Source of the DNA: Anthoceros angustus
Taxonomy: Eukaryota > Plantae > Anthocerotophyta
Reading direction: 5' to 3'
Assembly (NCBI GenBank): GCA_010909165.1
Contig: MU008158.1
Location: forward strand, 1-64,000
Length of the DNA stretch: 64,000 nt
Under the pieces are notes generated by a model that was not told where the DNA came from, searched no databases, and saw only the letters and a program-made list of their open reading frames with translations. A program made the translations under genes and the position numbers. Below are positions 26,432 to 39,759 of this stretch, in pieces (position 1 is the stretch's first letter; every line of letters starts with the position of its first letter).

Positions 26432-29400
26432 ATGGCCGCGGGTATGGCACCCACTTCAACTAAGCAAGCGTACTCCATCTTTGGAGATAAGAAGGAGAGA
26501 GACGCGGAAACGTTCGTGGAGGATTTCGTATCACGAGCAAACTTCAACGGAGAGGGTACCGATGCACAGCTCATCCAGTTGTTCCAAGGGGTTCTGCGAG
26601 GGATGGCCGCTCAGTGGTACCGTCGGAAGTATCGGGCACCGCGGAACGCCCCCCCGTGGAACGTCATTTGAGGCTTTGAAGGATGCCTTCCTGGAAAGAT
26701 TCCGAGGAATTGACCAGGAAGGCTATGTTCTGTCAAAGTTGGAGAATTTGAAGAGGGGTAAAACGGAGAAGCTGGGCTCGTATATTGAGCGGTTCTACAC
26801 TCTCAGAGATAGACATCCTGTACATACCACCATGCGCGGTATGGTTCAATGGCCCATAATCCTCTATGTAAGCATGTTCTATAATTGGCCGAGAAAGATG
26901 TGAGCAAGGCGGTTCGGGGGCCGAAAACTACGAGGAATCAATGCACCAAAGAAGGATGAAAACTACCCAAGGGGGGAAGAAGAAGAAGAAGAGAAGGGGC
27001 TCGGAGTCCGAAGGCGAGGAATCCTCGGAAGAAGAGGTGGAGGAGTCCGATGTTTTGTCAGAGGAGGGGGAGGAGATCTCAGATGCGGAGTCAGAAGCCT
27101 CTACTGAGGAGGAGGAACCCCACCGCAGAAACAAGAAGAAGAAGCCAGCGGTAAAACGGAAGGGTGGGAAGAAGGAGGTCGTGGCACCTACCCGAGCTCG
27201 GGAGGTTCCGACGGATCCGGCTCCCTTGAAGGAAGTAGCTGGCTTGAGGGAGGATTTGGAGCGGGTAATGAAGAAGGTGGAAGAGCTAACGATCAACTAG
27301 GTAAAAGATTGGGAGAGGCGGAAGGCGGCCACCACGATCAGGACACACTTATGGTGTGCAGTATGCCACCAACATGGTCACTCGAAGACTAACTATCCCT
27401 CAAGACCCGTGAACCAAGTGGAGTATGAGTATGAAGAAGAGTTAGAGGAGCAGTGGGAGGATGCCTATCAAGCGTAGGAAGCACCTCAGGGGCCGTGATA
27501 TCCGAAGACAATGTACCCCTCTGTGAGAGGTCCGTCCATGCCGCGACCCCCGATGCAACATCGCATGGGGGCACCCCCAGGGATTCTCCGGGCGGCCGTG
27601 GTCTGCTGGAATTGTGGCAACCCCGGGCACTATTCCAACGCCTGTCCGTACCCCACCAGGCAGGGTAATGGAGATTTCGAGCGCCTGTGTGGGGATTGCA
27701 AACAGTCAGGCCATATGGCGGGTAGCACATTGTGCCCGAACCCTCGCACAAGGACGGTGCGCTATGCCACCTGCTGGGAACGCGATCCCACACCCCATTC
27801 CCAAAATTTGCGCTGTGTTGCATAATTGAAGGCGCAATCGCGGTGGGAGGAAGCAAGGAACTAGAAATGGGGGAACACGAGCGGGGAGTGATAGGTCCGA
27901 AGGTGGAGAAGGTGGCAACGGAGGTACTAGAGGTGTCGACCCGTAGCCGCCAGAGGGAGAGAACGTAAAGGAGGCAGTTGAAGAGGAAAAAGAACGGAGA
28001 GAGTACCACGGATACGGAAGAAGGTACTCAAGCTGGGTTGCCGGCGAAAGATCCAGCCAATGAAGGAGAGTTGAAACGGGCAACTCTGCTGAGGAATCAC
28101 CCGGTGAAAAATCTCCTGAGACAGAGAAAGGAAGCACGGACCCTCCCAAGGTGCCACCCCAATTTCCGCCGGATGTGGTCCGTGAGGTGACGGAGATGCT
28201 ACATGAGGAAATCCGACAGGACCCGGAGGTGGTCCACACGCAGCGGGGTGATGGTGGGGAGCTCGGGGGTCCACAGCGGACACACGGAATGTCTACGGAG
28301 ACCCCCACTCCATTCAAAGTTGCGTACCTAATGATGAACCAGCAGCACCTAGTATCGTTTTGACAACTGTTAAGGGACAACCCGAAGTACCGGCAGGAGG
28401 TCCGACGGGCCATGAAAGAGACGCAACCATGACGAGGCACCCCCGTCCGTAAGGCCAACACGGTGGAGGTAAGAGTAGTATCCCGCACGGATCCAGGAGC
28501 GCCGGTGGTCCAGGTAGAAATTGCAGGATGCGTCATCAAGAACGTGCCCCTAGACACGGGTTCGGGGGTCAACCTCATCACGGAGATCTGACCGGAATCC
28601 AAGCTAACATAGCAGGCGCACCGTACACGCTAGATTTTGTGGTCATCAAGCCCGCGGGACCCTTGGGGTATGAGGTGTTGTTGGGACGCCCCTGGCTCGG
28701 TCTCGCCCAAACGAAGCTACACTTCAGCAGGAAGGAAATCCACTTTAAACCGGTGGTGGATCCAAAAGTGAGGAAGGTGGCGATCACACCCAGCAAGGAC
28801 ACGTACTATGGGGAGGCGGCACCATACACCTCCAGGATAATCTTGGACGAAGGGGCAGCAGATGAAGCCTATCTTTTCCCCAAAATTCGTGTCGAGGAGG
28901 AGATGGACTATCGAAGGGGCGCCTTTGGGCGGTCGCCGGCGCTTCCGGGTGGGCCTCAGCCGAGCCGGCGGGGCAGTAAGGAGGAGCAGGTTCTCGTGGA
29001 CAAAGGAGCAGTGGAAGCTGAGGAGGTGACCCGCTTCACCTCGGACAAACTTTTCCAGGAGTGGGGGATGCGCGAAGATGATCCGTGAATGGAGGACGAG
29101 GGGTTTGGGCATAGCGAGGCTGCGCGAGAGCGTGAGACGGTCAACCCGGACGATGTAGAAGATGTGGAGGTGCGGCCGAGCAAGCCCTTAAAGTTCAGGA
29201 AGAGGATGCCGAAGGAACTGAGGCAGGAGCTCATACAGCTATTGGGGGAATTGAGCGAAGTATTTGCTTTCAAGGTCACGGACATGAAGGGTATTCCGAA
29301 GCAGTGGGGAGAACACCGGATAGACCTAAAGCCAGTTGCGGTGCCCGTCCGGATTCGCCAGTACAAACTGAACCCCAAACACTCACTGAAAGTTAAGGAG

Positions 29401-31884
29401 GTCCTAGACAAGTATCTGGAGGCAAACATCATCTTTCCAACTATGAACAGTGAGTGGGTCGCACCTATTGTGGTGGTACCCAAGAAGTAGCCAGGACACA
29501 TTCGAGTCTGCCAAGATTGGAGGAAGCTCAACGCCGCCACGGAGAAGGACCATTTCCCCATGCCCTTCGTAGATGATATACAGGACAAGGTGGCGGGCCA
29601 GAGTACCTACTCCTTCCTGGACGGACCTCGGATACAAACTGCACTGAGGGAATCGGGGACAACCACATTCACGTTGGGGGCCTACACAGAAGTGCTTTTG
29701 GGATGACGGGAGCGCCGGGATCGTTCATGCGAGTGGTGACCAACGTTTTCCAGGAATTCACAGGATTTCATGGAGGTTCTTGGATGACACGTGCATGGAG
29801 AGGAGGACAAGCACATCGGCCACCTTAAGTGTCGAATGCAGGAGACTCAACCTATGCAAAAAATGTTACTTTGGAATGATGGAGGGAATCTTGCTGGGGC
29901 ATCGAGTTTCAGCACGAGGGATAGAGGTAGACCAAGACAAGGTTCGGGTAATCCAGTCCCTACAGCCGCCCACGAATTTGAAGGAGTTGCGAGGGTTCTT
30001 GGGCATGGTGGGTTACTATCGACGGTTCATCAAGGACTTCGCGAAGCGGGCGGCCAAGCTGATAGAGTTACTGCGGAAGGAGGAAGAATGGACTTGGTCC
30101 CAGGAACGGGAGTTGGCGTTCAGGGATTTACAGACCACCTTGGTAAGTGCTCCGCTACTGAAGGGCCCGGATTGGGGTAGGCGGTTTCACGTGTATGTGG
30201 AGGGTCGGCGTTCGCCATTGGGGTTGTGCTCAGCCAAAAGGACGACAAACGAAGGGATCATCCGATCTACTACGCCGGACGACAACTCACTCATGCGGAG
30301 CGGAGGTACACAACCACAAAATGGGAGGCGCTTGGAATGGTGTACGCCGTCAAGAAGTTTCGGCACTATCTCCTTCCCAATGAGTTTGTGTTCCATGTGG
30401 ACCATTTCGCGCTCAAGCATCTGGTGAATAAAGCGGACCTGTTAGGGCAAATTGCGAGGTGGATCTTGTTACTACAGGAGTTCACCTTTGAGATGGAAAC
30501 GAGCGAGGGCGCAGCACTGAGAATCACGAGACATCACATGTGTTGAAGGCGGGCAGTGTTCAGATCGAGGATGCCTTCCTGGGGCCGACCTGGTTGCCAC
30601 CGGTGAGGCGATGAGCGTGAGGAAGAACCCCAAACTTCAGGACGTAGTACCCCGCGGCGGAAGAAGTGCCGACCAACCTATCGATTGGAGGCGATCTGTG
30701 GGAAACGGAGATGCCAAGGGGGATGACCCGCAGCCAACAACAGGCCTTTGTACATTATGCTTGCCCCTTTTGGATGTACAACGGATGTGTCTTTAAGGTG
30801 GGGCCGAATAGAGTCGAGCGAAGGTACCTACAACCGACAGAAACAGGGGTGGTAATCAAAGGGATGCATGAAGGGTTGGGTGGAGGACATTATGATTTTG
30901 GTGTGGGGTACTGGTACCATGTATGGGGAGACACACCAGTTTGTAAAAAAATGTGATGCTTGTCAGCCGATTGGGAAGCCTACTCCAACGACACAATGGC
31001 CGTTAGTGCCCATAATGGTGCTGGCTCCTTTCGAAAAATGGGGTATTGACTTCGTTGGACCTATGCAGCCTACGATGAAGCACACACAGAAAAGATACAT
31101 CTTGGTGGCAACCGATTACTGCACCAGGTGGGTTGAAGCGGTGGCAACAAGAACGGACTCCGCTAGCACTGTGGCAAGGTTCCTCTATGAAAACATCATG
31201 ACCCGGTATGGGTGTCCGTTGCAGTTGGTGAGCGATAGAGGAACTCATTTCCTCAATGATGTGATAGCTGCGATGACGGAGTATTTTGGAATAACTCATC
31301 GCAAGATGACACCATACAACCCCAAGGCCAATGGGTTAACGGAGAAGACAAACAGACTTATCTATCGCATTCTGAATAAACTCACGGTTAACTATGCGCA
31401 TGACTGGGATACCAAGCTACCGTCGGCAGTATGGGCTTTCAGGACGGCGGAAAAGGTGACCACCCAACGAACTCCGTATTATCTGACCTATGGGCATTCT
31501 CCGGATATGCCAATCGAATTCGAGGTACCAACATTCCGAGTGATGATGGAGGGGCGGCTAATCGAGGAAGAGAGTCAATTAGAACGGTTGCTCGGGTTTG
31601 TGCAGCATACGGAGGGACGAGAGGAGGCTCAACAGAGAATGCAACTGGTGCAGAATCAACGCAAGATTTGGCACGACCGCTGGCTCCAGAACCAAGAGTA
31701 TGTAAAGGAAGGGACTGGCCTCCTTTGCGCTACGGCCACATGCCATTTTTCAGGTCAAGCTCCACTTGAGATGGATGGGCCCTTACCAAGTGGTACATGT
31801 ATATGACAATGGGTCCGCTCACGTGCGATGGCGAGCGCTACTACCCGTGTGAACGGGTGGAGGGTGAAGAAGTATTATGCTTAG
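26432..31884 (+). pseudogene. Ty3/gypsy gag-pol (Athila/Phygy-like non-chromovirus), frameshifted
   Basis: gag LFQGVLRGMAAQWY, knuckle CWNCGNPGHYSNAC, protease LDTGSGVN, RT EWVAPIVVVPKK and DHFPMPFVDD, RH HPIYYAGRQLT, integrase PFEKWGIDFVGP...ATDYCTRWVEA...SDRGTHF. No chromodomain. Confidence 0.93.
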
Positions 31885-32376
31885 TGTTGGCGGAGACGCC
31901 AACAGATGAGAAGGGGAGTGTGTGGACCATGGGCTCTCCCCCTTAGGAAGGTAATAAGCTAGTTTTTGTTTTTTTTTTTTGCTAGTGTGGAGTGGGAAAT
32001 AAGGCGAGAAAGGAGAAATAAGGCCGGGACGGGTAAAAAGGGGGTGAACGATTGAGGAGCATAAGGACAAGGTGACTCCTGACTATCTGGAGTTGCCTCG
32101 AAAGTGATCACGGACCTCGACCGAGTAGGTCAGGTGAGCCGGATCGCCGGAGCGAGGTCGAAAAGAGTCCCCAGCCTCCGGAAAAAGTCGCGATAAGTAC
32201 GTCGGAAAAAGTAACTTTGGAACGCGGGAGCGTGTTTTGGCAAGGGGCCACGTGACGCGGTCGCGAGGGGCGGCATGCACGGACTAGACCGTAGGGGTTA
32301 TCGGTGAAACAAGCGCAGGTAACCACGCCACGGTACATGCGCCGCAGTAAGGCTAGAAGTAGCGCGAGCACCGGCG

Positions 32377-33540
32377 GTGCAACGTAAGCGGTGGGCAATG
32401 CGTAACTCGGCGGCTATGGGGGAGGCGAAAGGACGCCCTCCCGCTTCGCCATTACTCCGGCGTTCGGCGATGAGAGAAGGCCATTCTCTCGACCGCTTCG
32501 GCGATTTTCGCAGTCACCGCGCCAGCACCTCGCTCAGCGCTATCTTCCGGCGCCAGCGCTACGACATACCTTCGCTAACCGAACGCTCGACGCGGCGGAG
32601 CGCAGGACGAGAATTGTCGGCCATCAAGCCACAACAGCAGACCAGTCGGCACGCGATTATGGGACCCAAGAAGGCGGCGGAGGTCTGGGAACCATGGCGT
32701 CTGGTGGAGAAGAACATCGTCACCAAGCGCTACCCGGACTTCGGGCCTTGGTTGGAGGAGGCGGAGGAATTGGTGCAGGACTGGCACCTAGACGTCTTCC
32801 AAGCGGTATGGACGTTCGACAGCGTTGCGTTGGTCCGGGAGTACGCCCGGAAGATGTGGGCGGTACAACAAAACCATCCGCCCAGTCGAGGAGGACTCCA
32901 AGGAGGTGGACTCGTGGAGGTCCTGTGTTTACAACCGGGTGGAAGAAATTGGGGGTGGTGCCGAACCCTTAAAGTGAAAGGGAGGGTGGAAGCCGCCAAG
33001 GCGGCGCTTTTGAGGCCGGGGACGCAGCGGTCCTTGAATGGGTGGTTGATGTCGGACCTATTGGACCGACGGGTGAGAGCGGTGGCGAAAGTCATGGTGC
33101 ATTGGAACATGCTCACCAAGGTGGATCACCTGGGTGACAATTTTAGTGTTCCTCCACCCCCGCAGAGGGGAAAAGGCGGGCCGGGAAGGATCATCTTCGC
33201 CCGGATAAACCGAGGCCAAGAAGTCACAATGGCAGTGAAGCCGCCACCATCGGTGGCCGCCGTTTATTGTCCACGTTTGGGGACACCTCAACCTCCTAAA
33301 GGAAGGAGAAGAAGAGCGAGCGCTCAGGAAGGGGTTGGTAACCCCGCCTCGAGTCAGCGGGAGGTGAGGGCCCAAGAACCGGGAAGACGGCCACTCAAGC
33401 CCAGGCGGACCCAGGAGGACGAGGATCTGGTGCGGTACCGGGCGACCCCCCGCGCCAAGGAAGTATGGAAGAAATTTCGCTTCTCCTCTTAGTCCTTTTA
33501 GGAACACCCATCAAGGCACCACGACAGGAGAGAGCTGGTG
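32377..33540 (+). CDS. Accessory ORF directly after integrase (best-preserved N-terminal domain; truncated)
   Basis: 371-aa ORF containing MGPKKAAEVWEPWRLVEKNIVTKRYPDFGPWLEEAEELVQDWHLDVFQAVWTFDSVALVREYARKMW. Confidence 0.65.
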
Positions 33541-33559
33541 GTTGCTGGACCACCGGATC

Positions 33560-36500
33560 ATCTTCTCCTTACCTCAGGCCGATTGTGTCCGAGATCGCCG
33601 CATCGATGCGCCTTTCTCACGCCCAACCCTAACGGTGAGCCGCGAAAGTGCCTCGAGCTGCTCGAGAGATAGCGCCAGAGGGCAAGTGAGCGCAAGAGAT
33701 CATGCGAATTGTCTCGAGGTGCAGAAATGACCTCCTCGCCGGCCGCTTTGGAGTAATCACCGGAGGGTGCTTCTCGTCTGAATCGCCGAGGTCCACACTT
33801 GCCTTACGCCCGCACTCGCCCACACGCCTGCCGCACGCCCGCTGGGCGTGAATACTGCTATAACGGCCCCTCGCAATACGGCCCGGCTGCATGCCCGACC
33901 TCCACTGTGGCCGCCCACGTCGCCCGACTCTCACGACTCAACTTAAATTATTTTCTCGCGATTTATCCTGCTTTTGACTGGAGTGGGTCCGACTTATCCT
34001 GCTACCCCGGCCGAGTCGTCGAGTGGTACCGGGTCCGCCACCACTGAGTCCGAGTATACTCCGAGCACCCGAGCACCATCCGTGCTTATTCCTCCTTTTC
34101 CCTTTTATTTTACTATTCGACCTACGAAAACAAACCCTACTTATTTCCTAACCCCAAGGAAGTCCGTAGCCCATACTCCTTCTCATCACATGCCTCCGCC
34201 AACACTAGGCATGATACTTTTCACCGCCACCTGCTCACCCGAGTGGGCCCACCATCCAACCGCTGCCGAACGGACCCATTGGCGATACTGTACTAATTGG
34301 TAAGGTCCCATCCATCGAGGTGGAGTTTACCCGAAGTGCATATGGCGGTCATAAAGAAGGGCCAAATCTCCTCCTTCACATACTCCGAGTCCCGATCTGC
34401 ATGCCACATGCGCTGATTCTCAGCTGCATTCTCTGCCGCGCTCTTCCCGACCCTCCGATGTCGAACAAACCCTAGCAAGCGCTCTTTCTTCATCCGCTAA
34501 GCGCCTCCATCATGACTCGAGTGTTGGCACCTCAAACTCTACCGCATAACGGGTGACCCATAGGCTAGGTAATACGAGTTCACGTAGTTACCTTCTCCGC
34601 CTCAAGGCCCATAGCCGATGGTAGCTTTGTATCCCGTATGCATAGTTAACCGTAAGCTTGAGGATGCGCAGATAAGTCCGCTGGTCTTCTCCACAATCCG
34701 CTGGCCTTCGGGTTGTAGGGGCCGCTTTATGTGTGATGCCAAAATAGTCCGTCATTGCGCTTATCACATCATTGAGGAAATGAGTTCCCCTATCGCTATC
34801 AAATGCAACGACACTGCACCTTGTGATGATGTTTTCAGAGAGGAATTTGGCCACCGTGCTTGCAGAGTCCGCTCTAGTAGCGACCGCCCACCCACCGCGT
34901 GAGTCCGTTGCCACCAAGATGTACCGCTGTGTGCCTCGCCGTGGGTCAGATAGGTCCAATAAGTCGATGCCCACTTCTCAAAAGGCGCTAGTGCGATGGG
35001 CACCAACGGCCATTGTGTGGGCGGCTTCCCGATCCGCCGACAAGCATCACATCTTCACAAATTGGTGTGTTTCCCCATACATGGTGGGCCACCAAGACTC
35101 AGCCTCCAAGATTTTCTTGGTGGTGACTCACCGATAATGTCCACCACCTAGTCCTTCGTGCATCCCTTTATTACCACCTCCGCTCCGCCTGCTGGAGGTA
35201 CCTCTCCACGCCGTCCGCCCCACCTTAAAGATGCAACTGCTATACAACCTAAAAGGGCGGGTGAGTGTGGCACAAAGGCGTCACTGACCCGTTCAATCCG
35301 CTAGTTCCATCTCCCATAGGTACCTCCAACTCCGCATAGAGGGCCGCGCCCGCCTCCTTCTCCGCTCGCTGGGTCCGCTCCAAGCTTAGGTTTGTCCCGC
35401 ACTCCTTCTTCCTCTATCGCCGCCACCAATTCCTCATCCGGAAGGCGCCTCCCGCAGATGTGCCGCTTTAACTGACAAGAAGTCGCGCTTTGGTGTTGCC
35501 GCCTTGCCTAGTCTCCACCTCAAATGTGAACTCCTCGTAGCAATGTAATCCACCTCGCACCGCCCCGACAAGTCTCGCTTTTGTTCACCAAATGCTTGAG
35601 CGCCAAGTGATCAACATAGAACACAAACTCATTGGCGTAAGGTAATGCTTAATCGCAGATACCATCCCAACGCCCCGTAGTAGTGTACCTGCTCGCATGC
35701 GTGAGCCGCCTTCCCGTAGTAGATTGATGATCCCTCCGCTTGTCGCCCTTTTGATCGAGCACTACCCGGCATGGCAAAGGCCGACATCCACATACACATG
35801 GAATCGCTTCCCCTGGCCCGACCTCACCGGGGGCACCGATCAGTTTTGTAGGTCTCGAATGCCGCCTCCCTTCGTGTCCAGTCCACCTCCTCCTTCCCGA
35901 GTAACTGCTAAGGCCCGCTTTGCAAAGTCGGATGAAACGCCTATAGTAACCCACCATGCCTGTGAACTCAGAACTCCTTCAAGTTCGTAGGTCGCAGGAC
36001 CTAATGACCTTCACCTTGTCTTGATCCACCTCTATCCTCTCCGACACGCTGTGTCCCAACAAGATTCCCTCCGCTCACCAAGTAGCATTTCTCGATGTGC
36101 ACGAGTCTCCTTACAACGCTCCAAGCACTTCCGCAGATGTCCAACGTGTTTGTCCTCCTCTCCGCACACAAAGTCGCCCAAGAACACCTCCATGAAGTCC
36201 TCAAAATCCCTAAGACGTTGGTCACCATCCGCATAAATGATCCGGTGCTGCATCCCGGCGCTTAGGCAAACGCCCCCACTCCGTGGTGAACGTTGTCTTA
36301 TCCCACCGACCCTTAGGTGTGGTTGTAGCCGAGTAGCCATCCAAGAAGGAGTAGGTACTGCCCCGCCACCTTGTCCAAGATGTCGCCTACAAAGGGCATG
36401 GGAAAATGGTCCTTCTCGGGCGGCGTTGAGCTTCTCCCCCCCGAGACACATCCGCCTGCTGCTTCTTGGCACAAACAATGCTACCCATTCTGCTCACGAT

Positions 36501-37720
36501 TGGGAAGATGATGTCCGCCTGTATATTTATCCAGACCTTGACCTTGAGCGAGTGCTTGGGATTCGCTATACTTAATCCGAACAGCACCGCCTCGCTTCAG
36601 ATCTATCCTGTTCGCCCAATCGCTGGAATGCCCTTCATGTCCGTGACCTTGAAAGCAACACACCAATTCCAATTGGTGAGGTCTTGTTTCAACTCACGGC
36701 ATGCATGGAATTTTAGAATTTTCCCGGACCTCCACGCCTTCCACATCGCCGGATTGACCGCTCTTTCCCTCGCCGCCACGCCCAAAGCCATCATCCTCCA
36801 TCCGGGTTCATCTTCACGCATTCCCCATTCTAAGAGTCGTCTGAGGTGAACCGGTCACTGGGTCCTCCTCATCCGTGGGTTCCTGCTTCGTCCTCCGAGT
36901 CCGCCAGCTCCACTGGAAACAATCGATCACCTCCGAAAGTGTCCTCCGAGTCCATCTCTCTTCGACCACGAGATTTTTGGAAAGGGTAGTCCTCATTCGT
37001 ATCCGCCATCGTCCCCACTGCCTTCTGAGGTGTACCCTGTGGTGCTTACGGTTTCACCACATGTGTCCTTACTCTGTAATCGCCACCCGCCCTTCCTCAC
37101 CTTCGGATCCCGCCACCGGCTTGAAGTGTATCTCCTTCCTTCGAAGTGTAGTTTTGTCGAGCGAGTCCCAGCGGTCGCCCAACAGACCTCAGACCCCTGA
37201 GGTCCGGGCGGTCCGATGACCACAAGTCCAATGTATAGGGGGCTCCCGCTTATGGTGGCTTGACTCGACAACTCCTACCGGCCATGACATGTCCGCCATC
37301 CCGAGGGTTTTGGTGGATGGCTCAAAGCGGTGAACCCCAACCGCCTCGTGGCCTCCGTGATGAGGTTCACTCGACCCGGTGTGGGCACGCTTTAATCACA
37401 CACCCGCAATTTCTACCAACCACCGGGCGCCCGGGTCCGTATGAGATACTACCCTTACCTCCACGCTGACCTTCCAAGGAGCCAAGGGTTGTGTCTCCCC
37501 GATGGCCCTCCGGACTTCCCGCCGATACTGGGTTGTCTTTTAACAACGCCTAAGGGACACCAAGTGTTGTTGATCCATCATCAAGTCGGCCACCTTGAAA
37601 GGCGCGGAGTGGCTCCTTTGCCAGCGTCCGCCTTGACCTTTCCAGCCTCGCCACCGCCTCAGGTGGTCGGACCACCGGGTCCTGCCGGATCTTCCTCAAG
37701 CATCTCCCACTTCTGACCAC
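33560..37720 (-). mobile_element. Degenerate gypsy copy (PR-RT-RH-INT plus start of the accessory region), inverted relative to 26432-33540
   Basis: Remnants such as APFEKW, QRYILVATD, SDRGTHFLNDVISAMTDYFGITH, FKVTDMKGIP and DQKGDKRRDH. Confidence 0.85.
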
Positions 37721-37949
37721 ATCCTGGGAACCGGGTGTTGCCTTGGGTGAGTCCGTTTCTCCAACGCTTCGGGGTTTCGGTTGTCAAGAGCGCCCATTTA
37801 ACTTGTACTAGCGAGTGGGATAAGTGTGGCCACTAGAGGGTGAATCGAAGCCTTTGATCCGCCTACCACAACGTTGTAGCCCTGGCTTGTGCGTTAAATG
37901 TGTGATGTCATGAAATGACTAGGACTCAGGCGAGCGTGTCTCTTGACCA

Positions 37950-39728
37950 ATTCTTCTCCTCATGATTATTTTAGAGGCACCTTCTAGTTTTGAAGCGAGG
38001 GTCCCAAGGTACCGATATGTCTCTCCAATCTCCATCCTTCATTCTATAGTTCGAAAGTTGCGCATTGCCATTGTACTAACCTTATTGGATCCTCGCAGAG
38101 ATCGAGAGACGGGTCCAAATCTCGTCAAGTTTTTGCCCCACCACTGCCCTCAACATGTCGATGTTAGCCATCAGATAAGGTATTTGGCTGCGCTATCTTT
38201 AGCTAACCATTCTTCGCAGACTTACCTCTCCGTGATACTCTATCTTTCCTGGTATGTTTCAAGAAAGTTCCTAACTTCGAGGATACCTCCATCCGGATTA
38301 CCCAAATATCATAGTCAAGCATTATTAAACCTATCCTTCTCCTTGAAGGAATCATTAGCAATGCCGAGGATGATGAAGTGTCACCCATCCTAGGTTTGTG
38401 TGTTGACTCAAACTCGCCTTCCAAAGTTTCGTTGTCTCCGATCACTATCTCTGGCCCATAGGACTAACTGCAGTGGGTGTTGGTTGTGCTGCAGGTTTGA
38501 TCCCAAGCAGCCCTACATGCAATTCTAGAGCTCCTCATCTCAAACTTATTGTATGCGTAAGTTGAGCATGAAGGACAAGAATTAGGTGAGTCAAACTTCC
38601 TCTCGTGATTAGTTTTGCTCACGTTGCAGTGCTATGCTTCGAATGCCGGATTACTAAGCAATTCAGTTTCAATAGCATCACTAGCTTGTAATCTATATGA
38701 ACAAGCTGTTCCTTCAAGTCCTGGAGATCAACACTGGCTGTGGAAATATGGCCAGCAATTTGATTGCATCTCGCTTCAACATTCTGTTATTAGCCTCAAG
38801 ACGAACAAGTGTGTTTACATCGATTTGTGATGCGTCACGACAGAGGAAGCCGCGGTGGTCATTTCCATCAAGTGGTTGTACCGAGCGCTTGTGTGTTGTC
38901 TTCTTGGAGGAAGTGTGAATGTAAGATCAAGCTCCCGTGGAGCAATTCAACAATTGTGTTGAATGCTTCCTTTAGCTCTTCAGTCTGCTGCTGTTGAGTC
39001 CTGTGCCTGTGGCTCCATTCCTGAACGCGCACATGTAATTGGTTGGCTAGTGTTAGCCTATCTAGGACTCTATATCTATTACGCCTAGGAATCTGATTGT
39101 AGGCAATCCCAGCAGGCTTTGGGATATTTGCCATGGCTTCAGGCCAGGGCTGATGTTTTCTAGGATGCAGAACTTCTGCATTTTAGAAATTCTTTATAAA
39201 ACTATATGCAAATATGCCTATTAGGCAGTTGTTCTAGTGCATTTTCATGGAATTGTCTAAATTGACAATTTCAATGAAGATGCATTAGAAAACTCTGACA
39301 TCGCAGAAATTTGCATATTTTATTCCTAAAAGAAAACATCACAAACTATTTTCTTGAAAATCTTCTTGTTTCTTTCTTTGACTTCATTTTCAAAATAAGA
39401 AAACAACGAAAGACAAATTCATGCACATCTTTAGTGTAGAATTTTTATGTGCATCTATTTAGATGCTTTCTACATAGTATCTTGCTCTGATACCATGAGA
39501 ATTTATATGGATTATGTAGAATAATTATAACATTAAGTAATTACATATTGATTGAGAATCAAGAAAAAGTCTTAAGTACTTATGCGAAAAGGCAACTTAA
39601 ACTTAATCTAAACGATGTGTCTATTCACTAAAAGTTGTAACCCTAACGAAAAGATATCTACCTAACTCAACATCAACTAGGGATTATTTATCGTAACTAT
39701 CCCTAAACCTATAGTCATGATATCAACA
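37950..39728 (-). mobile_element. 5' fragment of a second Copia: LTR, PBS, upstream ORF, decayed gag
   Basis: PBS complement GCTCTGATACCA at 39484-39495 and LTR ~39496-39728. ORF MANIPKPAG... starts at 39134. gag remnants (DYDIWVIRME, RMKDGD) lie at ~38390-37960. Confidence 0.7.
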
Positions 39729-39759
39729 TAATATCAATAAATCTAGGGACCCTTTATGA

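Noticed and set aside
31908-31920. GAGAAGGGGAG-TG as the PPT and 3' LTR start right after integrase (which would imply a giant ORF-containing LTR)
   Set aside because: The inverted copy near 34180 lacks the TG junction. The downstream sequence does not match the LTR that ends at the PBS, and a better PPT-LTR junction lies after the minisatellite.
32377-33492. Calling the accessory ORF an env gene
   Set aside because: No signal peptide or transmembrane helix is visible; the position alone is env-like.
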